From positions 71,852-135,851 of the forward strand of contig JAPHQU010000003.1 in the NCBI GenBank assembly GCA_026195275.1: a stretch of 64,000 nucleotides of DNA. Reading direction: 5' to 3'. Source of the DNA: Minisyncoccota bacterium. GTDB taxonomy: Bacteria; Patescibacteriota; Minisyncoccia; Phycocordibacterales; JABMNX01. The notes under the pieces were generated by a model. That model made no database searches, was not told the DNA's origin, and saw only the letters and a program-made list of their open reading frames with translations. The translations under genes were made by a program, and so were the position numbers. Below are positions 18,627-28,355 of the stretch, in pieces (the stretch's first letter is position 1; every line of letters begins with the position of its first letter).

Positions 18627-19910
18627 ATGGAAAATGGCTTTGGAGATATTGTCCCACCGGAGCGTCGCTCAATCCGTAAGGTGAGCGTAGACAAAGGCGT
18701 GCGCCGGCGTGCGCCTCGTGAGAAGCGAGAAGTAGAAGAAACAACGCAACGACACCAAGCTCCACGAGGGAGGCGTGGCACATATCGTTGGGGTCTTTGG
18801 ATAATTGCGATTATCTCGATTCTCGTGCTCCTCTTTGCATTCTCATTTGCATTCTCAGGAGCAAAAGTTGTTGTCACTCCGAAACAGCGTTCGGTCTTGA
18901 TAGACGCGGAGTTTGAAGCCGCAAAAGTTCCAACCCTTGGCGGGATCGGGTATGAAATCATGACTATTGAGCGCGAAGGAAGCAGAGAGGTCGAGCCAAG
19001 CGGTGAAGCATATGTTGAAGAGAAAGCATCCGGCAACATTGTTGTCTACAACAACTACAACGAATCTAGTCAGCGGCTCATTAAGAACACCCGCTTTGAG
19101 ACCCCTGATGGTCTGATATACCGGATCAACGAATCGGTGGTTGTGCCGGGGCAGCGTATCGAGGAAGGCGTCATGGTCCCCGGAAGTATTGAGGTGACTG
19201 TTTATGCCGATGAGGCGGGAGACGATTATAATATTGGGCTTACCGATTTCACCATCCCCGGTTTTGAAGGCTCGCCTCGTTTTGAGAGCTTCTATGCTCG
19301 GTCAAAGACAGAAATGACCGGCGGCTTTGTTGGTAATAAGAAGACAGTCAGTCAAAGTGACGAAACGCAAGCGCGTGCGATGATCCAGGAGGAATTGACT
19401 GCACAACTTAAGAGTGAGGCGACCACACAAAAGCCCGAAGGATTTGAGCTCTACCCGGACGCACTCTTTATCGTCTTCTCGTCTCTTTCTGACGGGGAAC
19501 GTGGTACAAAAGCGGTAATCAGACAGAAAGCGACACTTTACGGTATTTTGTTTGATACGGATGATTTTGCTCAGCTTATTGCGGAGAATACCGTTGCCGG
19601 TTTTGACGGTGAACCGGTGGAGATCGTCAGTCCAGAGAAGCTCTCCTTCGTACTGGCTGAGAGTGACACTGAGCCGTGGGTTGGAGACGCTTTTCGTTTC
19701 ACTCTTAATGGAGAAGCGCACCTTGTATGGACTTTCGATACCGACCAGCTCAAGGAAGACCTTGCAGGAAAGTCGAAAGGGGCGCTAGAGACCGTGCTGA
19801 CCGGCTACTCAAGCATCGATGAGGCTCAGATCGTCCTCCGTCCATTTTGGCGGCAGACCTTCCCCGAGACAGTTAAAGATATCAAGATCGTTAAGGTGGT
19901 TGAAGAGTAG
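18627..19910 (+). CDS. Hypothetical bitopic membrane protein (basic cytoplasmic N-terminus, 1 TM, large extracytoplasmic domain)
   Basis: 427 aa. An Arg/Lys-rich N-terminal 55 aa is followed by one TM helix. Confidence 0.55.
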   Translation: MENGFGDIVPPERRSIRKVSVDKGVRRRAPREKREVEETTQRHQAPRGRRGTYRWGLWIIAIISILVLLFAFSFAFSGAKVVVTPKQRSVLIDAEFEAAKVPTLGGIGYEIMTIEREGSREVEPSGEAYVEEKASGNIVVYNNYNESSQRLIKNTRFETPDGLIYRINESVVVPGQRIEEGVMVPGSIEVTVYADEAGDDYNIGLTDFTIPGFEGSPRFESFYARSKTEMTGGFVGNKKTVSQSDETQARAMIQEELTAQLKSEATTQKPEGFELYPDALFIVFSSLSDGERGTKAVIRQKATLYGILFDTDDFAQLIAENTVAGFDGEPVEIVSPEKLSFVLAESDTEPWVGDAFRFTLNGEAHLVWTFDTDQLKEDLAGKSKGALETVLTGYSSIDEAQIVLRPFWRQTFPETVKDIKIVKVVEE

Positions 19911-19932
19911 GGACCACATCCACAGAGACCAC

Positions 19933-19962
19933 TTGACGTGTTGTGCCGGTCTCTGGTAGTAT
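19933..19962 (+). promoter_or_regulatory. Putative promoter TTGACG-N18-TAGTAT upstream of infA
   Basis: The hexamers overlap a hairpin (cagagacc...ggtctctg), and the ATG lies about 20 nt downstream. Confidence 0.35.
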
Positions 19963-19982
19963 GTGTCCACCTCGGTACGCAC

Positions 19983-20204
19983 ATGTCAGAGAATAAGACA
20001 AAACCTGAAGCGGTCACCGGAGTAGTGGACGAGGCCCTGCCAAACACACTTTTCCGGGTAACGCTTAATGAGAGCGGTGAGCAGATTCTCACCTACCTCT
20101 CGGGGAAGATGCGTATACACCGGATCAAGGTGCTTGTCGGCGACACGGTCGCTGTTGAGCTTGAACCGTACGGGGGGAAGGGACGGATCATTAAGCGACT
20201 GTAA
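19983..20204 (+). CDS. infA: Translation initiation factor IF-1
   Basis: The S1-like ...GVVDEALPNTLFRVTLNESGEQILTYLSGKMRIHRIKVLVGDTVAVELEPYGGKGRIIKRL aligns to IF-1. Confidence 0.9.
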   Translation: MSENKTKPEAVTGVVDEALPNTLFRVTLNESGEQILTYLSGKMRIHRIKVLVGDTVAVELEPYGGKGRIIKRL

Positions 20205-20323
20205 GGATACAGTGCGCTTGAGTGATCCATACTGCGCTATAGAGTGGAATCGATTGAGTAGTGGTTTTGAGATCCACACCATGGAAATGGAAAGCGCAAT
20301 TTTTTGTTGTCTTCAAAAAAACA

Positions 20324-20437
20324 ATGAAAGTAAAGGTTTCAGTAAAAAAGATCTGTGCAAAATGCCAAACCGTTCGCAGAAAGGGACGGCTCTATGTCAT
20401 TTGTTCTAACCCTCGCCACAAACAGCGACAGGGGTAA
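20324..20437 (+). CDS. rpmJ: 50S ribosomal protein L36
   Basis: Manual translation gives [37 protein letters not shown] (37 aa), which is below the ORF-track cutoff. It sits in the canonical infA-rpmJ-rpsM position. Confidence 0.9.
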   Translation: MKVKVSVKKICAKCQTVRRKGRLYVICSNPRHKQRQG

Positions 20438-20451
20438 TTTATATATACACT

Positions 20452-20832
20452 ATGCGAATCGCCGGAATCACCATCCCAGACAATAAGCGACTTGAGATCG
20501 GACTCACTGCCGTATACGGCGTTGGTCGTCCGCGTGCACTTGAGATCTTGGACGAGCTTAAAGTCGATTTCGGCAAGAAGCCGGGTGACCTCAAACCCGA
20601 GGAAGAGAGTGCAATTCGCGAGAAGATTGAATCATTCCTTATTGAAGGAGAACTTCGTCGAAGCATCTCAGGAAACATTAAGCGTCTTAAAGATATCAAT
20701 TCGTATCGAGGAAGCCGGCACGCAAAGAGTCTTCCGGCTCGCGGACAGCGGACCAAGACAAACTCACGAACAGTGCGCGGTAACAAACGAAAGACTATGG
20801 GATCCGGTCGTCGTACTGTAGAAAAGAAATAA
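20452..20832 (+). CDS. rpsM: 30S ribosomal protein S13
   Basis: MRIAGITIPDNKRLEIGLTAVYGVGRPRALEIL... Confidence 0.95.
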   Translation: MRIAGITIPDNKRLEIGLTAVYGVGRPRALEILDELKVDFGKKPGDLKPEEESAIREKIESFLIEGELRRSISGNIKRLKDINSYRGSRHAKSLPARGQRTKTNSRTVRGNKRKTMGSGRRTVEKK

Positions 20833-20836
20833 TCGT

Positions 20837-21271
20837 ATGGGAAAGAAACGCATTATCAAAAAGGCAGGTGGGGAAGCGAGCGCGGGACTCAAGTCGCGAT
20901 CTCTTTCTCGTATTCCGAAGAAGAAGCTTGATTCGGGGATCCTTCACGTGCAGGCAACCTTTAATAACACCAAGCTTCTTCTCACCGACAAGAACGGCAA
21001 CGCGGTCATGTCGTCTTCAAGTGGCGGACTTGGGTTCAAGGGCGCCAAAAAAGGCACACCTTTTGCCGCGGCAAAGGTGGGTGAACTTCTTGGAGAAAAG
21101 GCACAGATGATCGGCCTTAAAGAGGTTAACGTTGTTGTTAAAGGAGCTGGATCCGGGCGCGAGTCATCGCTCCGTGCGTTCTCAGCAAAAGGGATCGATA
21201 TAACCAGCATTAAAGACGTGACTCCGTTGCCACATAACGGACCGCGACCTAAGAAACCACGTAGGGTATAG
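20837..21271 (+). CDS. rpsK: 30S ribosomal protein S11
   Basis: ...GILHVQATFNNTKLLLTDKNGNAVMSSSSG... Confidence 0.95.
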   Translation: MGKKRIIKKAGGEASAGLKSRSLSRIPKKKLDSGILHVQATFNNTKLLLTDKNGNAVMSSSSGGLGFKGAKKGTPFAAAKVGELLGEKAQMIGLKEVNVVVKGAGSGRESSLRAFSAKGIDITSIKDVTPLPHNGPRPKKPRRV

Positions 21272-21275
21272 CATT

Positions 21276-21884
21276 ATGAAGATCGGACCAAAATACAAAA
21301 TAGCAAAACGACTCGGCGCAAGTGTTTTTGAGAAATGTCAGACACAGAAATTTGCGTTGTCTGAGTCGCGTCGCGCGAAGCGTCGTGGAAAACGACCCAA
21401 GCAGATTTCTGATTACGGGAAGCAGCTTCTTGAGAAGCAGAAGGTGCGCTTTACATACGGGGTTACTGAAAAACAGCTCTCTCGATATGTGAAGACGGGG
21501 ACTCAAGGCGCCCACGAACCGGCAAACAAGATCTACCAAGCGCTTGAATCGCGTCTTGATAACGTTGTCTATCGACTCGGTTTGGTCCCAACACGTCGTT
21601 TTGCGCGACAGATTGTCTCTCACGGACACATCACTGTAAACGGGAAACGGATGACCGTACCGTCATACACGGTGAGTGTCGGGGACGTGGTTACTGTTCG
21701 TGTAAACAGTAAAGAGAAGGGTCTCTTTACCGACCTCGAAGAGCGGTTAAAGAACTACACTGCGCCAAAGTGGCTTTCTTTTGACGAAAAGAAGCTTGAA
21801 GGCACAGTTGTCGCACTTCCTGAATTTTCTGGAGCGGATGCATCTATTGATATGGGACTGGTTCTGGAGTTTTATAGCCGATAG
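21276..21884 (+). CDS. rpsD: 30S ribosomal protein S4
   Basis: ...YRLGLVPTRRFARQIVSHGHITVNGKRMTVPSYTV... S4 domain. Confidence 0.95.
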   Translation: MKIGPKYKIAKRLGASVFEKCQTQKFALSESRRAKRRGKRPKQISDYGKQLLEKQKVRFTYGVTEKQLSRYVKTGTQGAHEPANKIYQALESRLDNVVYRLGLVPTRRFARQIVSHGHITVNGKRMTVPSYTVSVGDVVTVRVNSKEKGLFTDLEERLKNYTAPKWLSFDEKKLEGTVVALPEFSGADASIDMGLVLEFYSR

Positions 21885-21910
21885 TTTTATTCATCTTAAC
21901 TACATATATT

Positions 21911-22873
21911 ATGTCAGAGTACAACGTCGCACTTCCATCTAAACCACGCATCGTATCCGAAAAGGAGTTCGGGGGTGTCTATGAGATTGATGGTCTTTAT
22001 CCGGGATACGGGCACACGCTCGGCAACTCACTTCGCCGTATCATCCTTTCATCGCTTCCGGGAGCAGCTATCACTTCAGTGAAGATTGAGGGGGTTGATC
22101 ACGAGTTTTCAACCATTGAAGGAGTTCAGGAGGATGTGATCACCATCTTGCTCAACCTTAAGCGTGTGCGCATTCAAATGCTCTCAGATGAGCCACAACA
22201 GATGACCGTCAAAGTGAAGGGTCCAAAATCAATCACCGCGGCAGACATCGAGGCGCCGGGGCAAGTTGAGATCCTCAACCCAGAGCAGCCGATTGCTGAA
22301 GTTACCGGAAAAGGCGTTGACTTCTCAATTGAGATGACCGTAGAGCGTGGACTCGGTTATGTCGCAAAAGAAGCACTCAAGAAGGAGCGTGTCGAGGTTG
22401 GAGAAATCTCACTTGATGCGATCTTCACACCGATTCGCCGCGTGAACTACGAGGTAGAAAACATGCGCGTGGGAGACCGAACCGACTTTAACCGACTCCG
22501 TATTTTTATTGAGACTGACGGAACCATCACCGCAAAAGAGGGTCTCGAGAAGGCGATCGAGATCATGATTAACCAGCTACGCTCGATTGTTGGGTTCAAA
22601 GAAGAGGAACTTGCTCTCCCTGAAGAGGAAGCAATGGAAGAAGAGTCAAAAGAAGAAAAGAAAGAGGTTGATTCTGAGTTCCTCAAGACTCGCGTTGACG
22701 ACCTCGACCTCTCAGCACGAACCGCAAACGCACTTGATGGTGCAAATATCCGCACAGTCGGTGGGCTTGCGCGAAAGCGAGAAGAAGATATCCTCTCAAT
22801 CGAGGGTATCGGACAAAAAGGTCTCCAGGAGATCAAGCGGGCGCTTAGCAACTTTGGCGTCACCCTTAAGTAA
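21911..22873 (+). CDS. rpoA: DNA-directed RNA polymerase subunit alpha
   Basis: GYGHTLGNSLRRIILSSLPGAAITSVKIEGV... and a C-terminal alpha-CTD. Confidence 0.95.
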   Translation: MSEYNVALPSKPRIVSEKEFGGVYEIDGLYPGYGHTLGNSLRRIILSSLPGAAITSVKIEGVDHEFSTIEGVQEDVITILLNLKRVRIQMLSDEPQQMTVKVKGPKSITAADIEAPGQVEILNPEQPIAEVTGKGVDFSIEMTVERGLGYVAKEALKKERVEVGEISLDAIFTPIRRVNYEVENMRVGDRTDFNRLRIFIETDGTITAKEGLEKAIEIMINQLRSIVGFKEEELALPEEEAMEEESKEEKKEVDSEFLKTRVDDLDLSARTANALDGANIRTVGGLARKREEDILSIEGIGQKGLQEIKRALSNFGVTLK

Positions 22874-22879
22874 CACACC

Positions 22880-23236
22880 ATGAAGCATACAGCACACGGA
22901 AGAAAATTTGGACGCGTTCGAAAGGTACGAGTAGCACTCATCCGCTCACTTGCTCGTGCGCTTATTCTTCATGGGAAGATCGAAACAACCGAAGCGAAAG
23001 CTAAGGAGGTTCAGCGTTTTGTTGAGAAATTGATAACTCTCAACAAGAAGGGGGCTCTCGCTTCATATCGATTGACGATTGCTCGTTTAGGGTGCGACGA
23101 TCGCGTCGCAAAGAAGTTGAAGGAAGAGATTGCACCGAAGTACGCGGAGCGAGCAGGCGGGTACACTCGCATCACCAAACTTCATACGCAGTCAACGCAT
23201 GATGCGCGTAAAATGGCAGTAATTGAATTTGTATAG
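22880..23236 (+). CDS. rplQ: 50S ribosomal protein L17
   Basis: MKHTAHGRKFGRVRKVRVALIRSLARALILHGKIETTEAKAKE... Confidence 0.95.
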   Translation: MKHTAHGRKFGRVRKVRVALIRSLARALILHGKIETTEAKAKEVQRFVEKLITLNKKGALASYRLTIARLGCDDRVAKKLKEEIAPKYAERAGGYTRITKLHTQSTHDARKMAVIEFV

Positions 23237-23240
23237 GCTT

Positions 23241-23585
23241 ATGGAACACACTATCGACGCACAAGGAAAGAATCTCGGACGTGTAGCAAGCGAAGCGGCA
23301 CACCTTCTCATGGGCAAGGATACAACCTCGTTCCAGAAGAATGTCGTTGCAGACGTGACGGTTAAGATTGCGAACGCTGACAAGCTTGCGATTTCACCGG
23401 AGAAGGCGTCAAAGAAAGTCTACACACACTACACCGGACACCCGGGCGGCCTTCGCAAGCGCACACTTGAAGAAGTTGTCGAGAAGAAGGGTGTGGGAGA
23501 GGTGCTCCGCATGGCGGTTTATGGTATGCTTCCGGGGAATCGGTTGCGCGCCAAGCGAATGAAAAACCTGATCATCGAAGAATAG
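23241..23585 (+). CDS. rplM: 50S ribosomal protein L13 (short form)
   Basis: ...[21 protein letters not shown]...[12 protein letters not shown]... The ATG at 23241 follows the L17 stop. Confidence 0.9.
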   Translation: MEHTIDAQGKNLGRVASEAAHLLMGKDTTSFQKNVVADVTVKIANADKLAISPEKASKKVYTHYTGHPGGLRKRTLEEVVEKKGVGEVLRMAVYGMLPGNRLRAKRMKNLIIEE

Positions 23586-23589
23586 TATT

Positions 23590-24000
23590 ATGGCAGACAT
23601 GAAACATAAAGAAGAATATATCGAGACTATCGGACGCCGAAAAACGGCAACCGCACGCGTGCGTATTTCTAAGACAAAAGATTCATCGATTGTGGTAAAC
23701 GAGAAAGATCTTGCAACACATTTTCCTACAACAGAACTCCAGAAAGTTGCTGAGTCGGCTCTCACACATGCTCCTGAAGGAGAAAATTTCAAAGTAACCG
23801 CGAAGATAGTAGGTGGTGGCATCCACGCACAGGCGGAAGCCCTCCGACACGGCGTTGCTCGCGCACTCACTAAGTACAATGAAGAGCTCCGTAAGGGACT
23901 CAAACAGGCAGGGTTCCTCAAGCGAGATCCACGAATGAAGGAGCGTAAGAAGTTCGGACTTAAGAAAGCGCGCAAGTCTCCACAGTGGAGCAAGCGATAG
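23590..24000 (+). CDS. rpsI: 30S ribosomal protein S9
   Basis: ...[12 protein letters not shown]...[19 protein letters not shown]...[12 protein letters not shown]. Confidence 0.95.
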   Translation: MADMKHKEEYIETIGRRKTATARVRISKTKDSSIVVNEKDLATHFPTTELQKVAESALTHAPEGENFKVTAKIVGGGIHAQAEALRHGVARALTKYNEELRKGLKQAGFLKRDPRMKERKKFGLKKARKSPQWSKR

Positions 24001-24043
24001 TCGCACACACTTTTTTTGCGGCCGCACAGAGCCTTACGCAATT

Positions 24044-24081
24044 GGTATACACCATACATACTAGAACATTGGTGTATACCA
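24044..24081 (+). promoter_or_regulatory. Perfect 12-bp inverted repeat (TGGTATACACCA-N14-TGGTGTATACCA), putative repressor operator of the grpE-dnaK-dnaJ operon
   Basis: The repeat lies 17 nt upstream of the grpE ATG. It is neither CIRCE nor HAIR consensus. Confidence 0.55.
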
Positions 24082-24097
24082 TTATGTACGCAACAGT

Positions 24098-24673
24098 ATG
24101 CCAAAGAAGAAGATAGAAAAAATCGATACAGATACACAAGACATTGAATCAGTCGATGATGTTGTTCTTGAAGAAGAAGGTCTTGGGGTTCTTGATAAAC
24201 TCAAGAAAGTGCAAAAGAAGCTCAAAGAATGCGAAAAGGAGCGCGCTGAGTACCTCGATGGGTGGCAACGTGCTCGAGCAGACCTGGTAAACCGGGAGAA
24301 AGAGGCAGTAGTGGTGCGTACAGAATTAACTTCACGCGCACAAGAGGAAGTGTTTGAGCAGTTGTTTCCAATCCTCGATAGTTTTGACATGGCGTTCGCC
24401 AACAAGGATGTTTGGGAGTCAGTTGACAAGAACTGGCGTGTCGGTGTTGAGCACATCTACTCACAGGCACTTCAGGTCTTGAAAGATGCGGGAATTTCAG
24501 TTATTGATAATGCCGGGGAAGTAAACGACCCCGCCATACACGAAGCAGTCAAAACACAGGAAGTGGCAGAAGAAAAAGACGACGGGCGCGTACTCGCTGT
24601 CCTTCAGAAAGGGTACCGGAAGGGCGAGCGCGTATTGCGTCCCGCAAAGGTTATTATTGGAAAAAATAAATAA
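24098..24673 (+). CDS. grpE: Nucleotide exchange factor GrpE
   Basis: GrpE coiled-coil plus the C-terminal ...[26 protein letters not shown]. Confidence 0.9.
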   Translation: MPKKKIEKIDTDTQDIESVDDVVLEEEGLGVLDKLKKVQKKLKECEKERAEYLDGWQRARADLVNREKEAVVVRTELTSRAQEEVFEQLFPILDSFDMAFANKDVWESVDKNWRVGVEHIYSQALQVLKDAGISVIDNAGEVNDPAIHEAVKTQEVAEEKDDGRVLAVLQKGYRKGERVLRPAKVIIGKNK

Positions 24674-24681
24674 ATAGTACT

Positions 24682-26589
24682 ATGGGAAAAATTTTAGGTA
24701 TAGACTTAGGAACAACCAACTCCGCAATGGCGTACGTTACCGGCGGAGAACCAACTATTGTTGAGAATGCCGAAGGAACACGCACCACGCCGTCAGTCGT
24801 TGCTGTTTCTAAGACGAACGAACGGCTTGTGGGCACACTCGCACGACGTCAGGCAGTCACGAACCCACAGAACACTATTTACGGTATTAAGCGATTCATT
24901 GGGCACCGTTTTGAAGATACTGCAGTACAGAAAGACAAAGAGACGGTTCCATACAACATCAAGAAGGGTGGCGACAATGGTGTGCTTGTTGAGCTTAATG
25001 GCAAAGACTACCGCCCAGAAGAGGTGTCAGCAATGATCCTCCAGAAGATGAAGCAGGACGCAGAAGCAAAGCTTGGTGAGAAGATCACTGAAGCGATTAT
25101 CACCGTTCCTGCATACTTCGACGATTCACAGCGCAAAGCAACAAAAGACGCCGGGAAGATTGCCGGACTTGAGGTGAAGCGCATCATCAACGAACCAACA
25201 GCGGCCGCGCTCGCATACGGATTTAATAAAAAGAAAGACGAGCAGATTGTAGTCTTCGACTTTGGTGGTGGAACCTTCGACGTCTCGGTTCTTGAGGTTG
25301 GTGATGAAGTTATTGAGGTAAAATCAACCGATGGTGACTCCCACATGGGCGGTCGCGACATCGACCAGGCGATTATTAAGTGGATTGTTGATGAGTTCAA
25401 GAAGGAAAGCGGTATCGACATCAGCAAAGACCCGCTCGCGCTCCAGCGACTTGATGAGGCAGCTGAGAAAGCGAAACTCGAACTCTCAACCGCAACTGAG
25501 TCAGAGATCAACATCCCGTTCATCACCTCAGATGCGACTGGTCCAAGACACCTCTTGCTCAAACTTACCCGCGCAACACTCGAAGAGCTCGCAAAAGAAT
25601 ACATCAATCGCTCAATTGAGATCACCAAGCGCGCGATCGAAGCGTCACCGTTTGAGATCAAAGATATCGACGAGGTGATCCTCGTTGGCGGGCAGACTCG
25701 TATGCCGAAGATTGTCGAGCGCGTAAAGGAACTCTTCGGTAAAGAGCCGAACAAGTCGATCAACCCGGACGAGGTGGTTGCGCTCGGTGCAGCAATTCAG
25801 GGCGGTATCATGCAAGGAGACGTAAAGGACGTACTTCTTCTTGATGTGATCCCGCTCTCGCTCGGTATCGAGACTCTCGGCGGTGTCGGAACCAAGCTTA
25901 TCGAACGCAACACGACCATTCCGACCTCAAAATCGCAAACATTCTCAACCGCAGCCGACAACCAGACCTCAGTTGAGGTGCACATTGTTCAGGGGGAGCG
26001 TTCGATGGCAGCTGACAACAAATCGCTCGGGCGATTCATTCTTGAGGGTATTCCACCGGCACCACGTGGCACACCACAGGTTGAGGTAACTTTTGACATC
26101 GACGCAAACGGCATCCTCAACGTGACCGCAAAAGACAACGCGTCAGGAAAGGAGCAGTCGATCCGCATAGAAGCACAATCAGGACTCTCAGATGAAGAAG
26201 TTGAGAAGATGAAGCAGGATGCTGAGGCGCACGCAGACGAAGACAAGAAAAAGAAAGAGCTTGTTGATGTCCGCAACACGTCTGAGCAACTCATTTACAC
26301 CGCAGAGAGCTCGGTTAAAGAGCACGGTGACAAGGTTGGTGAAGATGTAAAGAAAGAGATCGAGGAGAAGGTCGCGGCGCTTAAAGAGGTGAAAGACAAA
26401 GACGATCTCGACGCACTCAAAGCGGCATCTGAAGCACTCAGCACATCGCTCGCAAAAATCGGCGAAGCAATGCAACAGCAAGCACAATCTGAGACCCCTC
26501 CACAAGACGCAGAGCAGAAAGGAGAAAGCACCGGAGAAGAGAAACCGGGCGAAGAGCCAAACAACGACTCATCAGAAGAAAACAAATAA
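24682..26589 (+). CDS. dnaK: Chaperone DnaK (Hsp70)
   Basis: [12 protein letters not shown]..., [12 protein letters not shown] and the other Hsp70 signatures. Confidence 0.97.
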   Translation: MGKILGIDLGTTNSAMAYVTGGEPTIVENAEGTRTTPSVVAVSKTNERLVGTLARRQAVTNPQNTIYGIKRFIGHRFEDTAVQKDKETVPYNIKKGGDNGVLVELNGKDYRPEEVSAMILQKMKQDAEAKLGEKITEAIITVPAYFDDSQRKATKDAGKIAGLEVKRIINEPTAAALAYGFNKKKDEQIVVFDFGGGTFDVSVLEVGDEVIEVKSTDGDSHMGGRDIDQAIIKWIVDEFKKESGIDISKDPLALQRLDEAAEKAKLELSTATESEINIPFITSDATGPRHLLLKLTRATLEELAKEYINRSIEITKRAIEASPFEIKDIDEVILVGGQTRMPKIVERVKELFGKEPNKSINPDEVVALGAAIQGGIMQGDVKDVLLLDVIPLSLGIETLGGVGTKLIERNTTIPTSKSQTFSTAADNQTSVEVHIVQGERSMAADNKSLGRFILEGIPPAPRGTPQVEVTFDIDANGILNVTAKDNASGKEQSIRIEAQSGLSDEEVEKMKQDAEAHADEDKKKKELVDVRNTSEQLIYTAESSVKEHGDKVGEDVKKEIEEKVAALKEVKDKDDLDALKAASEALSTSLAKIGEAMQQQAQSETPPQDAEQKGESTGEEKPGEEPNNDSSEENK

Positions 26590-26602
26590 CCTAACATAAA
26601 TT

Positions 26603-26633
26603 AAAAATCTTGACGTCGGACGTCAAGATTTTT
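26603..26633 (+). terminator. Bidirectional rho-independent terminator (palindrome ATCTTGACGTC-G-GACGTCAAGAT)
   Basis: Perfect 11-bp stem flanked by an A-run and a T-run. An identical hairpin recurs at 59927-59949. Confidence 0.8.
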
Positions 26634-26677
26634 GGGATTGGCGTTGATTTTTAGCTAAAGATGCGTACAATAGCCAC

Positions 26678-27760
26678 ATGAGTAACGACTACTACAAGGT
26701 ACTTGGTGTCGCAAAGAACGCGAGTAAAGAGGAGATCAAGAAAGCGTTCCGCAAACTCGCTCACAAGTACCACCCGGACAAAAAGACGGGTGACGAGAAG
26801 AAGTTCAAAGAAGCAAGTGAGGCGTATAGCGTCCTCTCTGACGATAAAAAGCGCGCCGAGTACGATGCGTACGGCCGCGTATTCTCCGGCGCCGGCGGAG
26901 GACAACAAGGCACAGCAGGAGGCGGCTTTGGTGGTTTTGACTTCTCCGGATTTCAGCAAGGCGGCTTCCAGGGCGGTGTTGACCTTGGCGACATCTTCGG
27001 TGATATCTTTGGCGGCGGATTCGGCGGTGCTCGCCGAGCACGCGGACGTGATATCTCAATCGATCTTGAACTCTCATTTAAAGACGCTGTCTTTGGTGTA
27101 GAGCGACGAGTCCTTATCACCAAGACATCAGGTTGCGACACTTGTGGTGGATCAGGAGCCGAGAAAGACTCTGGTTCAGTGACCTGCTCAGCCTGCAATG
27201 GCAAAGGGCGTGTGCATGAGAACAAACAGTCGCCATTTGGCACGTTCACGAGCGTGCGATCTTGTCAGGAGTGTTTTGGCACCGGAAAGGTACCAAAAGA
27301 GAAGTGTAAGACCTGCAAGAGTGAGCGTGTCGTGCGTAAACAAGAGGAGATTGTGGTGCGCGTGCCGGCTGGCATCAACAACGGCGAGATGATCCGCCTT
27401 TCCGGTGGTGGCGAAGCGGTGCCCGGCGGCGACGCCGGAGATCTCTACGTGAAGATTCACGTGCACCCGGATCCAAACTTCCATAAAGAAGGCAACAACC
27501 TCATCACCACGCTCAATGTGAAGCTCTCTGATGCACTCACCGGCAGCGAATACTCTTTGAAGGCACTCGACGGAGATGTGGTAAAGGTAAAAGTGCCACA
27601 AGGGGTGGGTTTTGGCGAAGTAATTCGCGTAAAAGGGAAGGGGGTACCGTCAGGATTCTCACACGGCGATCTTCTGGTGAAGATCAATATCGATATGCCG
27701 AAGAAATTAGGCAGAAAAGCAAAAGAAGCGGTTGATATTCTACGGAAAGAGGGCATATAA
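26678..27760 (+). CDS. dnaJ: Chaperone DnaJ
   Basis: J-domain with HPD (KYHPDKK), a G/F-rich linker and four CxxCxGxG zinc-finger repeats. Confidence 0.95.
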   Translation: MSNDYYKVLGVAKNASKEEIKKAFRKLAHKYHPDKKTGDEKKFKEASEAYSVLSDDKKRAEYDAYGRVFSGAGGGQQGTAGGGFGGFDFSGFQQGGFQGGVDLGDIFGDIFGGGFGGARRARGRDISIDLELSFKDAVFGVERRVLITKTSGCDTCGGSGAEKDSGSVTCSACNGKGRVHENKQSPFGTFTSVRSCQECFGTGKVPKEKCKTCKSERVVRKQEEIVVRVPAGINNGEMIRLSGGGEAVPGGDAGDLYVKIHVHPDPNFHKEGNNLITTLNVKLSDALTGSEYSLKALDGDVVKVKVPQGVGFGEVIRVKGKGVPSGFSHGDLLVKINIDMPKKLGRKAKEAVDILRKEGI

Positions 27761-27767
27761 TATATAG

Positions 27768-28265
27768 ATGCAAATCTTTGACACACTCTCAGGAGCGCTC
27801 ACGACAGACGTACTGATAATCGCGGCGGTCTTCGGGGCGCTCTTTTTCTTTGCCGCCAAACGCGGCAAGAGCAGAAGCATTGCGCTTATGCTCTCGATCT
27901 ACGTTGCTATTCTCTCATTTTTAAGCTTTCCGTTTCTTGATGAATTAACACTTCTCAAGAGCTCAGAAGTACAAGTGACCCTCTCACACATCGCCGTCTT
28001 TGCGCTCGGCACCTTCCTTGCGTACCTTATCATCAAGCGAAGTGTGTACGCCGAGTATCCGGGAGGTGCCGCACAAAAGTTCCTTCAAGCAGGGATACTT
28101 GCCGCCGGTTCAACCGCACTCCTCTTTGCGTTCGCATACCACACCCTCCCCGTTGCAACCCTCTACGACTTCAACCAGTCAATCGACAACCTTTTCTCAT
28201 CTGCCTACTTCTTCTACTGGCTCGTTGCTCCGCTTGGGGGATTGTATTTGGTGACGCGGCACTAA
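27768..28265 (+). CDS. Hypothetical multi-pass membrane protein
   Basis: 165 aa with 4-5 hydrophobic helices. Confidence 0.5.
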   Translation: MQIFDTLSGALTTDVLIIAAVFGALFFFAAKRGKSRSIALMLSIYVAILSFLSFPFLDELTLLKSSEVQVTLSHIAVFALGTFLAYLIIKRSVYAEYPGGAAQKFLQAGILAAGSTALLFAFAYHTLPVATLYDFNQSIDNLFSSAYFFYWLVAPLGGLYLVTRH

Positions 28266-28355
28266 TCGATATTCGACGTAGTCAGACCACATTGAGTGTA
28301 ATGGGTGTGGAGTAGGGTGTTCAGAAGCGCCGATTTCTGGTACAATTTCCCTCAT

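Noticed and set aside
20068-20409. 113-aa ORF-track ORF spanning the infA-rpsM spacer
   Set aside because: It is frame-shifted relative to the genuine 37-aa L36 (rpmJ) at 20324-20437, and its C-terminus is a mistranslation of rpmJ.
24001-24097. CIRCE (HrcA) or HAIR (HspR) element upstream of grpE
   Set aside because: Neither the TTAGCACTC-N9-GAGTGCTAA nor the CTTGAGT-N7-ACTCAAG consensus is present. A different palindrome is reported instead.
23409-24137. 242-aa minus-strand ORF
   Set aside because: It is antisense to rplM-rpsI-grpE, a conserved operon that occupies the sense strand.
25008-25763. 251-aa minus-strand ORF
   Set aside because: It lies entirely antisense within dnaK and is a Ser/Ala-rich low-complexity translation typical of antisense frames.
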